Source: Candidatus Ryanbacteria bacterium RIFCSPLOWO2_12_FULL_44_26
GTDB lineage: Bacteria; Patescibacteriota; Minisyncoccia; Ryanbacterales; HO2-45-13
Assembly (NCBI GenBank): GCA_001821765.1
Contig: MHOA01000010.1
Span: 1-43,254, forward strand
Length of the DNA: 43,254 nt
Direction: 5' to 3'
Positions 1 to 8,116 of this stretch are shown here, in pieces. Position 1 is the stretch's first letter; each line of letters starts with the position of its first letter. A program made the translations under genes and the position numbers. The notes under the pieces were generated by a model, which saw only the letters and a list, made by a program, of their open reading frames with translations, searched no databases and was not told the origin of the DNA.

Positions 1-58
1 GCTTCCGGGGTTGCCGAGTGAAGCCAGGCGGTGGCTGGGCATTCTCCGAGCGTACGAT

Positions 59-313
59 TTAGTTCCGAGCCACCATGTGCTCCGCGCGTGTGAAATGGGT
101 TCGCGCAAAGGTTAATATGTCAGCACCAACAGTTGACTTTCGGAAAATTGACCGACTTTTTCGTAGGCGGCGCAAAGCGCCGCCCATTGATTTTCCCCCG
201 ATGAATCCCCGCACGTTTTTAATCCCTGTAATAAATGTTGCGGCTGACGTAGGCTCAACCTCGGGAATTGAAGTGAGTAATTCAATCCGATGCGCGCCTG
301 CTGTTTGAAACAA
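59..313 (-). pseudogene. Possible IS110-family transposase remnant
   Basis: LLTSIPEVEPTSAATFITGIKNVRGF resembles the IS110/Transposase_20 motif LLxSIPGVGxxTAAxxxxEIxDxxRF. Similarity is lost downstream and the region is near the window edge. Confidence 0.35.
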
Positions 314-419
314 GCAGCTGCTTGCAAATTTTACAGGGTTATATAAGATAGTTGAAGTCGTTCATTCACAACAGTTTTGATGTAGGAACTACTTCATGGT
401 GGTGCCAAGGGGGTGTTCA

Positions 420-1709
420 ATGGCAAAAAAGAAGGTTCGCGTGTTTACAGCTCAACTTGAAAAAGAAGGTATCGCCCAATCGCTTGCGCAGACTCTTCAT
501 AAAGCGGGAATACGGGAAATCTCTGATTTTAAGCGAGTATGCGTTCATGATCTTGCCGCAATTGGGGTGGATAAGAAAGCCCTTGCTTCTATTAGAAATA
601 CTCTTAAAGCGCATGATCTGCGGATCATTGGCGACGAGAAGCGCCACAAAAAAAATGCTCATGCTGATGAGAGGCTTTGCACGGTTGATATAAAGAAACT
701 GCAAGAAGGGATGTCGTATGCCACCAGAGAAGAAAAAAGAAAAGCGCGCATCGCATTGTTAGCGCCATACGGTTTTCGTTTTTCTAACGACTTGCTGTGT
801 CTTCCTCATCCGACTCAAAAACAGCAAAACAATGCCCGCCGTATATTGGGGGAAGAGCAGTTTGTGCTGTTTCACGCATTGCGTTGCGGGACGCGCGAAG
901 AGCGCGAATGGGCGCGCAAAGAGCTTTTTAAGAAGCATTACGCACTGGTGTTCTTTGTATTGAGACGAGAGCGGTGGCTGCGAATCTCAAAAGGCACTGA
1001 CTCGACATCAAGCCCTGAAGATTCTCTTCAGGAAGGAAGTATCGGCCTTCTCCATGTGTTTGAGAAATATGATTATGCGCGCGGCATACGGTTTTCCACC
1101 TATGCGATCGGATGGATTCGTCTGTATATGCGGCGTGAAATAGAACGAGCTAACACAATACGGCTGCCCGCGGGTTTTCAGGCGCTGCTTACACAATGGA
1201 ACAAAGCGCGCAGAACGCTTATTGCATTGCACGGCAGAGCGCCTACAAGAGAAGAGATGAAGAAACAAACCAAGTTTTCAGACGCACAGGTGGATCGGTT
1301 TGAGGAAGTGTCATTATTTATTTTACAGCACCGGACAGCAATTTCTCTGCCGTCTCCCGGCATACATGAGAATCAGATGGATTTACTGCTCTATACTATT
1401 TCGCCGGCGTTGAAAGAAATGCTCCCTCACAGTAATTTTAGAGCGGAGTCGGCAGACCAGACATTTGAAAAGAAGGCGCTACAACTCACCATACTGCGGC
1501 TCATTGGAAATGCGAAGACATTAAATAGCAAGCAGAAGTATATTGTCATTAAACGTTTTGGGCTTGACGGAGAAGCGCCCAAAACCCTTGAAGAGATTGG
1601 TCAGGAGTTTAATGTCTCCAGAGAGCGGGTGCGCCAGCTTGAAAACCATGCGCTGGCAAAGTTGGCAAAACTGCAAAGTTGGCAAAACTGCTTGAAAGCA
1701 GTGATATAA
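420..1709 (+). CDS. Divergent sigma-70 family RNA polymerase sigma factor (regions 2, 3, 4) with an N-terminal alpha-CTD/HhH-like domain
   Basis: Region 2 DSLQEGSIGLLHVFEKYDYARGIRFSTYAIGWIR, region 3 TIRLP...GRAPTREE, region 4.2 KTLEEIGQEFNVSRERVRQLE. ATG 420 preferred over the ORF-track start at 396. Confidence 0.85.
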   Translation: MAKKKVRVFTAQLEKEGIAQSLAQTLHKAGIREISDFKRVCVHDLAAIGVDKKALASIRNTLKAHDLRIIGDEKRHKKNAHADERLCTVDIKKLQEGMSYATREEKRKARIALLAPYGFRFSNDLLCLPHPTQKQQNNARRILGEEQFVLFHALRCGTREEREWARKELFKKHYALVFFVLRRERWLRISKGTDSTSSPEDSLQEGSIGLLHVFEKYDYARGIRFSTYAIGWIRLYMRREIERANTIRLPAGFQALLTQWNKARRTLIALHGRAPTREEMKKQTKFSDAQVDRFEEVSLFILQHRTAISLPSPGIHENQMDLLLYTISPALKEMLPHSNFRAESADQTFEKKALQLTILRLIGNAKTLNSKQKYIVIKRFGLDGEAPKTLEEIGQEFNVSRERVRQLENHALAKLAKLQSWQNCLKAVI

Positions 1710-1737
1710 CAGCAGTTTAGGCCGCACCCAAATGACA

Positions 1738-1770
1738 GAAACCCGGAATTGCATTTCGGGTTTCTTCTTT
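1738..1770 (+). terminator. Intrinsic terminator after the sigma gene
   Basis: GAAACCCGGAAT/ATTTCGGGTTTC stem followed by a T-rich run. Confidence 0.7.
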
Positions 1771-1835
1771 TAATTTATCACTGCTGACTTTTTCATGGGC
1801 GGCGCACAGCGCCGCCATTGTTTAGCTGGCAAAAG

Positions 1836-1864
1836 TTGACAAGTGATAAAAAATTTGCTATGCT
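1836..1864 (+). promoter_or_regulatory. Sigma-70 promoter
   Basis: TTGACA-17 bp-TATGCT with extended -10 TG. Confidence 0.65.
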
Positions 1865-1883
1865 ACTTTTCAGTTGAACTTTT

Positions 1884-2186
1884 TTGGGGCAAGAGGTGAT
1901 AGATTTCAGAGCAGATTTGCCGAATTGGTGTTATAAACACCAAAAAGAAAAGGAAAAAGAAGACAATTTTTGTCCTGAATGCGGGATGGAGGAATTGCGG
2001 CAGTTGCGTTCCTTGGGCGATCGAAAGAAAAGCGGAAAGAAGCGGAAGCGCGAGCGCAAGGGAAAGTACGACATTGATTACAATGTCATAGCTCGCGCGC
2101 TCAAGACCGGCGTGATCAAGAACCGCAGAGTCACTTACAAGCAGCGCATCCTTTTCAAGAATCTCATCAAGGGTAAAGCCCGGTGA
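1884..2186 (+). CDS. Small basic hypothetical protein with possible zinc-binding residues (CxxH, CPEC)
   Basis: Open frame between a promoter (1836) and a 12-bp hairpin (2188-2215); Lys/Arg-rich. Start codon uncertain. Confidence 0.5.
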   Translation: MGQEVIDFRADLPNWCYKHQKEKEKEDNFCPECGMEELRQLRSLGDRKKSGKKRKRERKGKYDIDYNVIARALKTGVIKNRRVTYKQRILFKNLIKGKAR

Positions 2187-2273
2187 GTCAGGCGTTCTCC
2201 AAAGAGAACGCCTGAAACTTTATAAGAGCATTTTTGAATCGCAGGTTTTTATATGATACGATAACGGCGTCAT

Positions 2274-2346
2274 GGTGCCTATGGTGTATTGGTCAGCACA
2301 GGAACCTGTGGAGTTCCAAGAGAGGGTTCGAGTCCCTCTAGGCACC
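2274..2346 (+). tRNA. tRNA-His (GTG) with G-1 and C73
   Basis: Acceptor GTGCCTA/TAGGCAC, anticodon arm GGAAC-CTGTGGA-GTTCC, T arm GAGGG-TTCGAGT-CCCTC. CCA end not fully encoded. Confidence 0.95.
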
Positions 2347-2520
2347 CAATCTGCTGAAAAACTTCCGACTTTCGTCGGGAGTTTTTCATTTGCAGATTGG
2401 AGTGTGCTGGGAGAGAAGCGAGCAGTGCACCCAAGTTTCAGAATATTTTGAGAAATAGTAACTCTCTTTTTGGTGGAGACCTTATTACTTTTGCTACTCG
2501 AGTTGTGTTATAATGTGCGA

Positions 2521-3180
2521 ATGGAAGTATCGTCTATAAACTCAAAGTTTATATTTAAAGTGCTATCTATTGGGGCCATGCTTTTTATAAGCTATGCGGC
2601 CAGTCTTTTTGTTCAGTCTGTGGTAAATGACCGAATTTTATATCAAACAGAAGCATTAAAAACACAATTGGGAGACGCCTCAAAGGTTCTTATACATGGA
2701 AAACTTCCCGGGTTTGATGAAGAGAGAATCAGTATATACCGCCTCGTAGACAGAGTACTAAAATATGCAATTTTATTTATTTCACTCACGTTCATTGCCT
2801 TTTTTCTTACAGAGGTTATCTATCAGTTAAAACTTCATCCAATACAATACTTGCTTGTAGGACTGGGGCTTGCCGAGTTTTACCTCTTACTTCTTGCGTT
2901 TATGGAACATATCGGATTTCTGCGGGCGTATATTATTGCGGCAGTTATGATTATTTTACTCATCTCGCTTTATAGTAGTTTTATTTTAAAGAGCAAAAAG
3001 GGTGGTGCTTTGATAGCGATTTTGCTTACGGTTATTTACTCTTATCTTCTTGCCGTGCTTTATCTTGAGACTTATGCACTTTTGTCCGGCGCGCTTCTCC
3101 TTTTTGTTGTTCTTTCTGGGGTCATGTTTATTACCAGAAACCTCAATTGGTATGATGCTTTTAGTTATGTTAAAAAATAA
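2521..3180 (+). CDS. creD: CreD-family inner membrane protein, short form
   Basis: IYRLVDRVLKYAILFI...LHPIQYLLVGLGL..FYLLLLAFMEHIGF..AY...ALLSGALLLFVVL..VMFITRNLNWY match the CreD C-terminal membrane domain. Confidence 0.8.
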   Translation: MEVSSINSKFIFKVLSIGAMLFISYAASLFVQSVVNDRILYQTEALKTQLGDASKVLIHGKLPGFDEERISIYRLVDRVLKYAILFISLTFIAFFLTEVIYQLKLHPIQYLLVGLGLAEFYLLLLAFMEHIGFLRAYIIAAVMIILLISLYSSFILKSKKGGALIAILLTVIYSYLLAVLYLETYALLSGALLLFVVLSGVMFITRNLNWYDAFSYVKK

Positions 3181-3598
3181 CTTAGATTGGCAAAATCTTT
3201 TTCAATTCCAAGTTTATCCAAAGCGCTGAACGTGTCCAGTACACAACCCAGCAATAAAACAGCTTTCCCTTGTGGAGAATTATGTTATTGCGCAGATTTC
3301 TAGCTAAGAGGGGGGATCGAATGGGCATCTATGCTGTGTCAGCGGGATTTGCGATGGGCACATAGATTCACAACAACACCAAGTTATTGACACACCTTTG
3401 CAATATGTTATCCTTATAAATAATGTTTCAGCATAAGTCCCAGATGAATATTGGTCTTTATGCGCCTGTATGCGACAGGTTACTTTTTGCTGGGGCAATA
3501 TGTGCATCTCAATCTAGCTAATTCCTTTATCATATTGTGTTGTAGAAATTGCCTCGGCATCCCGCTGAGGCAATTTTGTTCCTTGAAAGGAGGAAGCG

Positions 3599-4183
3599 AT
3601 GTCAGGAGAAAGTGCGAAGCCAAGTTTCCTGATAGGTAAGAGTATAAATCTGCGACCGTTTTCTCGAGATGATATCCCAACACTTACTCGCTGGATCAAC
3701 GACCCCGAGGTGCGAGTTTTCTTAACAGCAACGTTGCCTCAAACAGAACAGCAAGAAGAAGAGTGGTTTAATAAATTAGGCAGCGACGACAAGAATATTG
3801 TTCTTGCCATTGAAACGAAAGAAGGAAAACTTATCGGCTCAATGGGCATCCACAGTATTAATTGGAGAGACAGAACTGCTACCACAGGAGCATTGATTGG
3901 TGAGAAAGAGTATTGGGGCAGAGGATACGGCACCGATGCAAAGATGGTTCTCCTTGACTATGCTTTCAATACTCTCAATCTTCATAAGATTTGCTCCGCA
4001 GTCATTGCTTACAATAGGCGAAGTTTACAATATAGCCTGCACTGTGGATACAAGGTTGAGGGTAGACGCAGAAAACACATCTTCAAGAAGGGGAAATACT
4101 GGGATCTTATCGAGCTCGGTCTTTTCCGGAAAGAATGGTTGCCGCTTTGGAGACGGTACCGCAGCACTTGCAAGATGCGCTGA
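3599..4183 (+). CDS. GNAT acetyltransferase, RimJ/RimL family
   Basis: LRPFSRDD, EYWGRGYGTDA, FNTLNLHKI, N..S.....GY..EG motifs; SD AAAGGAGG upstream. Confidence 0.9.
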   Translation: MSGESAKPSFLIGKSINLRPFSRDDIPTLTRWINDPEVRVFLTATLPQTEQQEEEWFNKLGSDDKNIVLAIETKEGKLIGSMGIHSINWRDRTATTGALIGEKEYWGRGYGTDAKMVLLDYAFNTLNLHKICSAVIAYNRRSLQYSLHCGYKVEGRRRKHIFKKGKYWDLIELGLFRKEWLPLWRRYRSTCKMR

Positions 4184-4192
4184 CTCCAAGAG

Positions 4193-4221
4193 GAAGCCCG
4201 CATAAAAACGGGCTTCTTTTT
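4193..4221 (+). terminator. Intrinsic terminator
   Basis: GAAGCCCG/CGGGCTTC followed by TTTTT. Confidence 0.75.
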
Positions 4222-4253
4222 GTGCATGAATATTCCTAAAATAAATCCCAATT

Positions 4254-4379
4254 CTTCACTGTGTTCAGGACGGGCATAATCCGCTAGCCCTCACAAGTTT
4301 ATACTGAACACCCGACTGCGCTCGGTATAAACTTCGTTGAAGCGCTTAAGACAGGCTGCCTCGACACGCTCAATACAAG
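4254..4379. repeat. Cluster of degenerate REP-like short repeats (approx. CTTCGAC-n-CGCTCAG(G/T)A(C/T)A(A/G))
   Basis: Copies near 4254, 4312, 4332 and 4359; hairpin AAGTTTATACTGA/TCGGTATAAACTT at 4295-4334; related copy at 40012. Confidence 0.55.
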
Positions 4380-4422
4380 TAATGGAATCGGACTTTTGTA
4401 CTTGCGTGAAATTAATCCATTG

Positions 4423-4439
4423 TATATACTGTGTATATA
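4423..4439. promoter_or_regulatory. Putative TA operator palindrome
   Basis: TATATAC-TGT-GTATATA immediately before the antitoxin ATG, as expected for RHH antitoxin autoregulation. Confidence 0.5.
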
Positions 4440-4711
4440 TGAAGACCATGTTAAATATTAAAACCGATAGAAAGCTCAAAGAAGAGGCCCAGAAAACAGC
4501 CAAGGCTTTGGGTTTGCCGTTGAGCCTCGTTATCAATCAGTACCTGAAAGAATTTATTCACGAACGGAGAGTGGAGTTTTCCGAGCCTTTAGCGCCAAAT
4601 GTGAAGACACAAAAACTCTTGGAAAAGATTAAGAAAGATATTCAAAAAAGAAAGAACCTTTCTCCTGTATTTTCCTCCGCTGATGAAGCAATAAAGCACT
4701 TGAACTCCTAA
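4439..4711 (+). CDS. RelB/DinJ-family antitoxin
   Basis: MLNIKTDRKLKEEAQKTAKALGLPLSLVINQYLKEFI RHH signature; overlaps the toxin start (TAATG). Confidence 0.88.
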   Translation: MKTMLNIKTDRKLKEEAQKTAKALGLPLSLVINQYLKEFIHERRVEFSEPLAPNVKTQKLLEKIKKDIQKRKNLSPVFSSADEAIKHLNS

Positions 4712-4968
4712 TGCGAATCATCTTCCACGCAAGTTTTAAGAAGAAGTATAAGAAACTACCAAGTGCAATTCGGAAAAAATACGACGAGAAACTTCATGTT
4801 TTTATAAAAAATCCACTTGATCCCGTATTAAACAACCACGCTCTTCATGGAAAATGGAAAGAATATCGCAGTATTAATGTGACAGGCGATTTTCGTGCCG
4901 TATTTGAGATTCTTGAGAACATTGTTTATTTTGTAGATATCAATACGCACAGCAATTTATATAAGTAG
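4711..4968 (+). CDS. RelE/YafQ-family mRNA interferase toxin
   Basis: F+KKYKKL, LNNHALHGKWKEYRSINVTGDFRAVF, C-terminal INTHSNLY. Confidence 0.9.
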   Translation: MRIIFHASFKKKYKKLPSAIRKKYDEKLHVFIKNPLDPVLNNHALHGKWKEYRSINVTGDFRAVFEILENIVYFVDINTHSNLYK

Positions 4969-4969
4969 A

Positions 4970-5191
4970 AGCGATGTTTCAATAACCAATAATGAAACAC
5001 TACAGTGGCATGATACCTCTAAAAAAGCAAAGCGCGGATTTTGCGGCAACTGCGGCTCGCGTTTATTTTACAAACCGAATGATAAAGACCACATGCTGAT
5101 ATCAGCCGGAATGATGGACGATTTAACGAAAACCCTTTCTAGAACACATGTTTTTACCAACGAAAAGAGAAGCCATTGCCGTTTGTCCTAG
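4970..5191 (+). pseudogene. 5'-truncated GFA/CENP-V family gene
   Basis: My translation (absent from the ORF track): ..LQWHDTSKKAKRGFCGNCGSRLFYKP...ISAGMMDD...HVFTNEK, the C-terminal half of GFA. No start codon and no N-terminal CxC/CxCxxC. Confidence 0.7.
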
Positions 5192-5333
5192 TTTGGAATT
5201 CAAGCATTGTTGACAATTGGAACGCATTTCTCTATAATATATACCTATAAAGAAGTTTCGGGTTGAATGAGCGGTAACGCCATTTTTCTCAGAAATCCAA
5301 AAGGTCATTTAGCAGTATAATTGAATATAGAAA

Positions 5334-5513
5334 ATGGCGTTTCAACAAGACGACAGCGGCTTTCGAAGACAGATGTTTCAGGGAGATTGGAAATGTTCAA
5401 AGTGCGGAGCGGATATAAAGGAGCTTCCTTTTAATCCTGATCCGGCTCGCATAGACCAGCTCCAGTGCAGAGATTGTCATCGAAAAAACCGCCCGCCTCA
5501 AAGAAGGTGGTAG
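5334..5513 (+). CDS. Small zinc-ribbon protein, CxxC-x17-CxxC-like (59 aa)
   Basis: MAFQQDDSGFRRQMFQGDWKCSKCGADIKELPFNPDPARIDQLQCRDCHRKNRPPQRRW; TATAAT upstream and terminator downstream; below the ORF-track cut-off. Confidence 0.85.
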   Translation: MAFQQDDSGFRRQMFQGDWKCSKCGADIKELPFNPDPARIDQLQCRDCHRKNRPPQRRW

Positions 5514-5517
5514 GATA

Positions 5518-5553
5518 AAAAACAGCCCCGCAGTGATGCGGGGCTGTTTTTTT
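5518..5553. terminator. Bidirectional intrinsic terminator
   Basis: AAAAACAGCCCCGCA/TGCGGGGCTGTTTTT. Confidence 0.8.
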
Positions 5554-5650
5554 AAGATCGTCAGGCGAGTTTTTCTCCATGCCCGACAAAACAGCTTGTT
5601 TTTTAATATACGAAAGCCAACATTGTCCAGTTCTTACTAACTGCCGGTTA

Positions 5651-5687
5651 ACACAGAAAGACCTTTCCAGTAAAGGTCTTTCTGTGT
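5651..5687. repeat. Perfect 16-bp inverted repeat upstream of the GH6 promoter
   Basis: ACACAGAAAGACCTTT-CCAGT-AAAGGTCTTTCTGTGT. Confidence 0.7.
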
Positions 5688-5703
5688 CTGAAGCATTTGA
5701 ACC

Positions 5704-5748
5704 TGTAACTTTTTTATGACGATGTTACATCTTACAGTTAAGAGCAAT
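5704..5748 (+). promoter_or_regulatory. Putative ECF-sigma promoter of the GH6 gene (TGTAAC-N17-ACATC)
   Basis: 33/45 ungapped identity to the sequence upstream of the ECF sigma gene (10871-10915, minus strand). Confidence 0.7.
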
Positions 5749-5823
5749 GCGTAACTTATACGCGTTGCCGGAGAAAAAGCCTTGGGTTTGCACATTAAAA
5801 GCTTTAAACGGGGACAAGACATT

Positions 5824-7053
5824 ATGAACAGGTTCTTTGTGAGATTAGCCATTATTCCTTTTTTGGGAATAATTACTGTATTTTTGGGGAATACGTCAGC
5901 CGCTGCAGAAATTCCCAAGGTGGATTGCAGTAAAATAAAAACCCTGTCGCCTTTTTACCATAACAACTCCATGCAGGCGGTGCGTGTTGAGCAGGAACTT
6001 CGCCAAAAAGGCGACATTGAAAGCGCGGATACGCTAGAGTATATATCATGCGTTCCTCAAGGAACGTGGTTTGTTGGCGGAGATAAAAGCGCCGTGAAAT
6101 CTCGGGCATCGGGAATTGTTCGGGATGCGGCGGCGGAGGGAAAAATTCCGGTGTTGGTGCTTTATAATGCTCCTGCCGGAAATCGCAACGCATGGTTAAG
6201 CGGTGTTGGAGACGCCGGTGCATATAAAGAATGGGTAAGGGCGATTGCAGAAGGAGTCGGTTCGAACGAGGCGTGGGTCATGCTTGAGCCGGATGCGATT
6301 GCGCTTGCCGGAAATCTTAGCGGTCAAGATCAGAATGAGAGATTTGGACAAATCAGCGATGCCATATCTATTCTTAAAACATATGCCCCCCATGTTCGCG
6401 TGTATATTGACGGGGGACATAGCTCATGGAAAAGTGAACAGGCGCAAGCTGATTTTCTCCTTCGCGCGGGAATTGAAAAGGCTGATGGGTTTTTTACCAA
6501 CGTGTCTCATTTTCGCAGCACTGCTGATGAAATTACCTATGGGAAATCGGTTTCCGGGCTTGTTGGAGGAAAACACTTTGTCATTGATACCAGCAGAAAC
6601 GGAAAGGGGTCGTTGAACTATGAATGGTGTAATCCGTCCGGAAGAGCAATTGGAGTGCGGCCGACGTTGAATACCGGCGATCCGTTTGTTGATGCATATT
6701 TATGGATCAAACTGCCCGGAGAATCTGACGGCACCTGCAATGGCGGCCCGTCTGCCGGTAAGTTTTGGCTTGAATATGCGCTCGGTCTTGTACATGAGGC
6801 GCTGACACTGTCGTTATTTGAGGAACCGCTCACCATGGGAACGGAAAGCTCTCAAGCCGCTCCAGAAACGGTTCAAGAGGACAACACGGCACCAACCCCG
6901 ATCACAGAATCAACCCCAATTCGAGAACAGTCCTTTGGTACAAATGAAAGCGAAACTCATTCGCTCTATAAAAATGAATCCTTCTTTAAGAGGAGAACAT
7001 CCTATATTTCCGTAACGGAGCAATTGAGGTCGAGGTTTAGGAGCGGCACTTAA
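5824..7053 (+). CDS. Secreted glycoside hydrolase family 6 (cellulase-like) protein
   Basis: Signal peptide; PVLVLYN, LEPDAI, VYIDGGHSSW, GFFTNVSHF, FVIDTSRNG, WCNP, DAYLWIKLPGESDGTC motifs; Thr/Glu/Pro-rich tail. Confidence 0.9.
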   Translation: MNRFFVRLAIIPFLGIITVFLGNTSAAAEIPKVDCSKIKTLSPFYHNNSMQAVRVEQELRQKGDIESADTLEYISCVPQGTWFVGGDKSAVKSRASGIVRDAAAEGKIPVLVLYNAPAGNRNAWLSGVGDAGAYKEWVRAIAEGVGSNEAWVMLEPDAIALAGNLSGQDQNERFGQISDAISILKTYAPHVRVYIDGGHSSWKSEQAQADFLLRAGIEKADGFFTNVSHFRSTADEITYGKSVSGLVGGKHFVIDTSRNGKGSLNYEWCNPSGRAIGVRPTLNTGDPFVDAYLWIKLPGESDGTCNGGPSAGKFWLEYALGLVHEALTLSLFEEPLTMGTESSQAAPETVQEDNTAPTPITESTPIREQSFGTNESETHSLYKNESFFKRRTSYISVTEQLRSRFRSGT

Positions 7054-7112
7054 GCCATTTACATTTTCTCTGCGCTCAATGGTTTTCGGGCCTTGTTATG
7101 CACCTTGCGCGC

Positions 7113-7142
7113 TTGACAAGCCGGGACGAAAAACTCTACCCT
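7113..7142 (+). promoter_or_regulatory. Promoter of the 6S-like RNA
   Basis: TTGACA-18 bp-TACCCT just upstream of the RNA stem. Confidence 0.55.
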
Positions 7143-7146
7143 AAAA

Positions 7147-7277
7147 GTAGGCAGCGTTCCGATAGGCATTCCGATTAATATTTCATACTACTGCGTCCGA
7201 ATCGCTTCGGCCTGCGGGCTGTAAGCTGAGGACCAAACAATGGAGTTTTGCGGACATACCTTAAGAGCGCTGCCTAC
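7147..7277 (+). ncRNA. ssrS: Compact 6S-like RNA
   Basis: Closing stem GTAGGCAGCGTTC/GAGCGCTGCCTAC, central bubble containing ATATTTCATAC (as in E. coli 6S), apical stem; own promoter and terminator; no ORF. Confidence 0.6.
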
Positions 7278-7283
7278 CCGTTG

Positions 7284-7316
7284 AAACAAAAATCCCCCGA
7301 GGGGGATTTTTGTTTT
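7284..7316. terminator. Intrinsic terminator of the ncRNA
   Basis: AAACAAAAATCCCCC/GGGGGATTTTTGTTT. Confidence 0.8.
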
Positions 7317-7382
7317 CTTATTTATAAGGGGACGGATAGTCTGTATTTCGCACTTTGAGAAAAATTGTTATAATCTTTAGGC

Positions 7383-7979
7383 ATGAAAAAAGAAAATATC
7401 AATAACATTGTCGATTTTCTTTTTGAGGTCGGGATGCTCGCGAAGACCCCGAGAAGCGGGTTTTTCTTTTTGGGAAGCGGCGAGCAAAGTGTTGCCGAGC
7501 ATGTAAACAGAACAGCGTACATCGGTTTTGTGCTGGCTTCCATCGCGAACGATATTGATGCTTCAAAAGTGCTTAAAATGTGTATTTTTCATGACCTCGC
7601 CGAGGCGCGGGTATCTGATTTAAATTATGTGCACCAAAAGTACACCGAAAGAAAAGAACACCAAGCCATAGAAGATTTAGCCAAGGCGCTGCCGTTTGGC
7701 GATGCCATTCGCAGCATTATCGGTGAATATGAACAAAGAGAAAGCAAAGAGGCAAAACTTGCTAAAGACGCGGACACCTTGGAATTTCTTTTGTCGCTTA
7801 AGGAGCAGGTTGATATCGGGAATGAACGGGCGAAAACATGGACACCGCCTTTGCTTAAACGGCTGTTGACCGATGAAGCAAAGGAACTTGCTAAAGTGAT
7901 TGTGGAAACGGACTCCGACCGATGGTGGTATGGCAATAAAAATGATGATTGGTGGGTGAGCCGGGGAAAAGAACGCTAG
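7383..7979 (+). CDS. HD-domain phosphohydrolase (YfbR/HDDC2-like 5'-deoxynucleotidase)
   Basis: PRSG, QSVAEH, IFHDLAEAR.SD, AKDADTLE motifs. Confidence 0.88.
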   Translation: MKKENINNIVDFLFEVGMLAKTPRSGFFFLGSGEQSVAEHVNRTAYIGFVLASIANDIDASKVLKMCIFHDLAEARVSDLNYVHQKYTERKEHQAIEDLAKALPFGDAIRSIIGEYEQRESKEAKLAKDADTLEFLLSLKEQVDIGNERAKTWTPPLLKRLLTDEAKELAKVIVETDSDRWWYGNKNDDWWVSRGKER

Positions 7980-8116
7980 CGTTCTTTTTGCGTGAAAGTT
8001 TTCTAGCGGCGGCAGCCCGTCCGATTTCTCGGCTGGAATATAGAAGTGATATACTACTATATAAATAATGTACTTTTCACATGAACTTCTGAACTTCAGA
8101 AAGGAGGCGATGGAGA

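Noticed and set aside
4337-4438. N-terminal extension of the antitoxin in the ORF track
   Set aside because: It runs through the repeat cluster and operator; the RelB/DinJ signature starts at ATG 4439.
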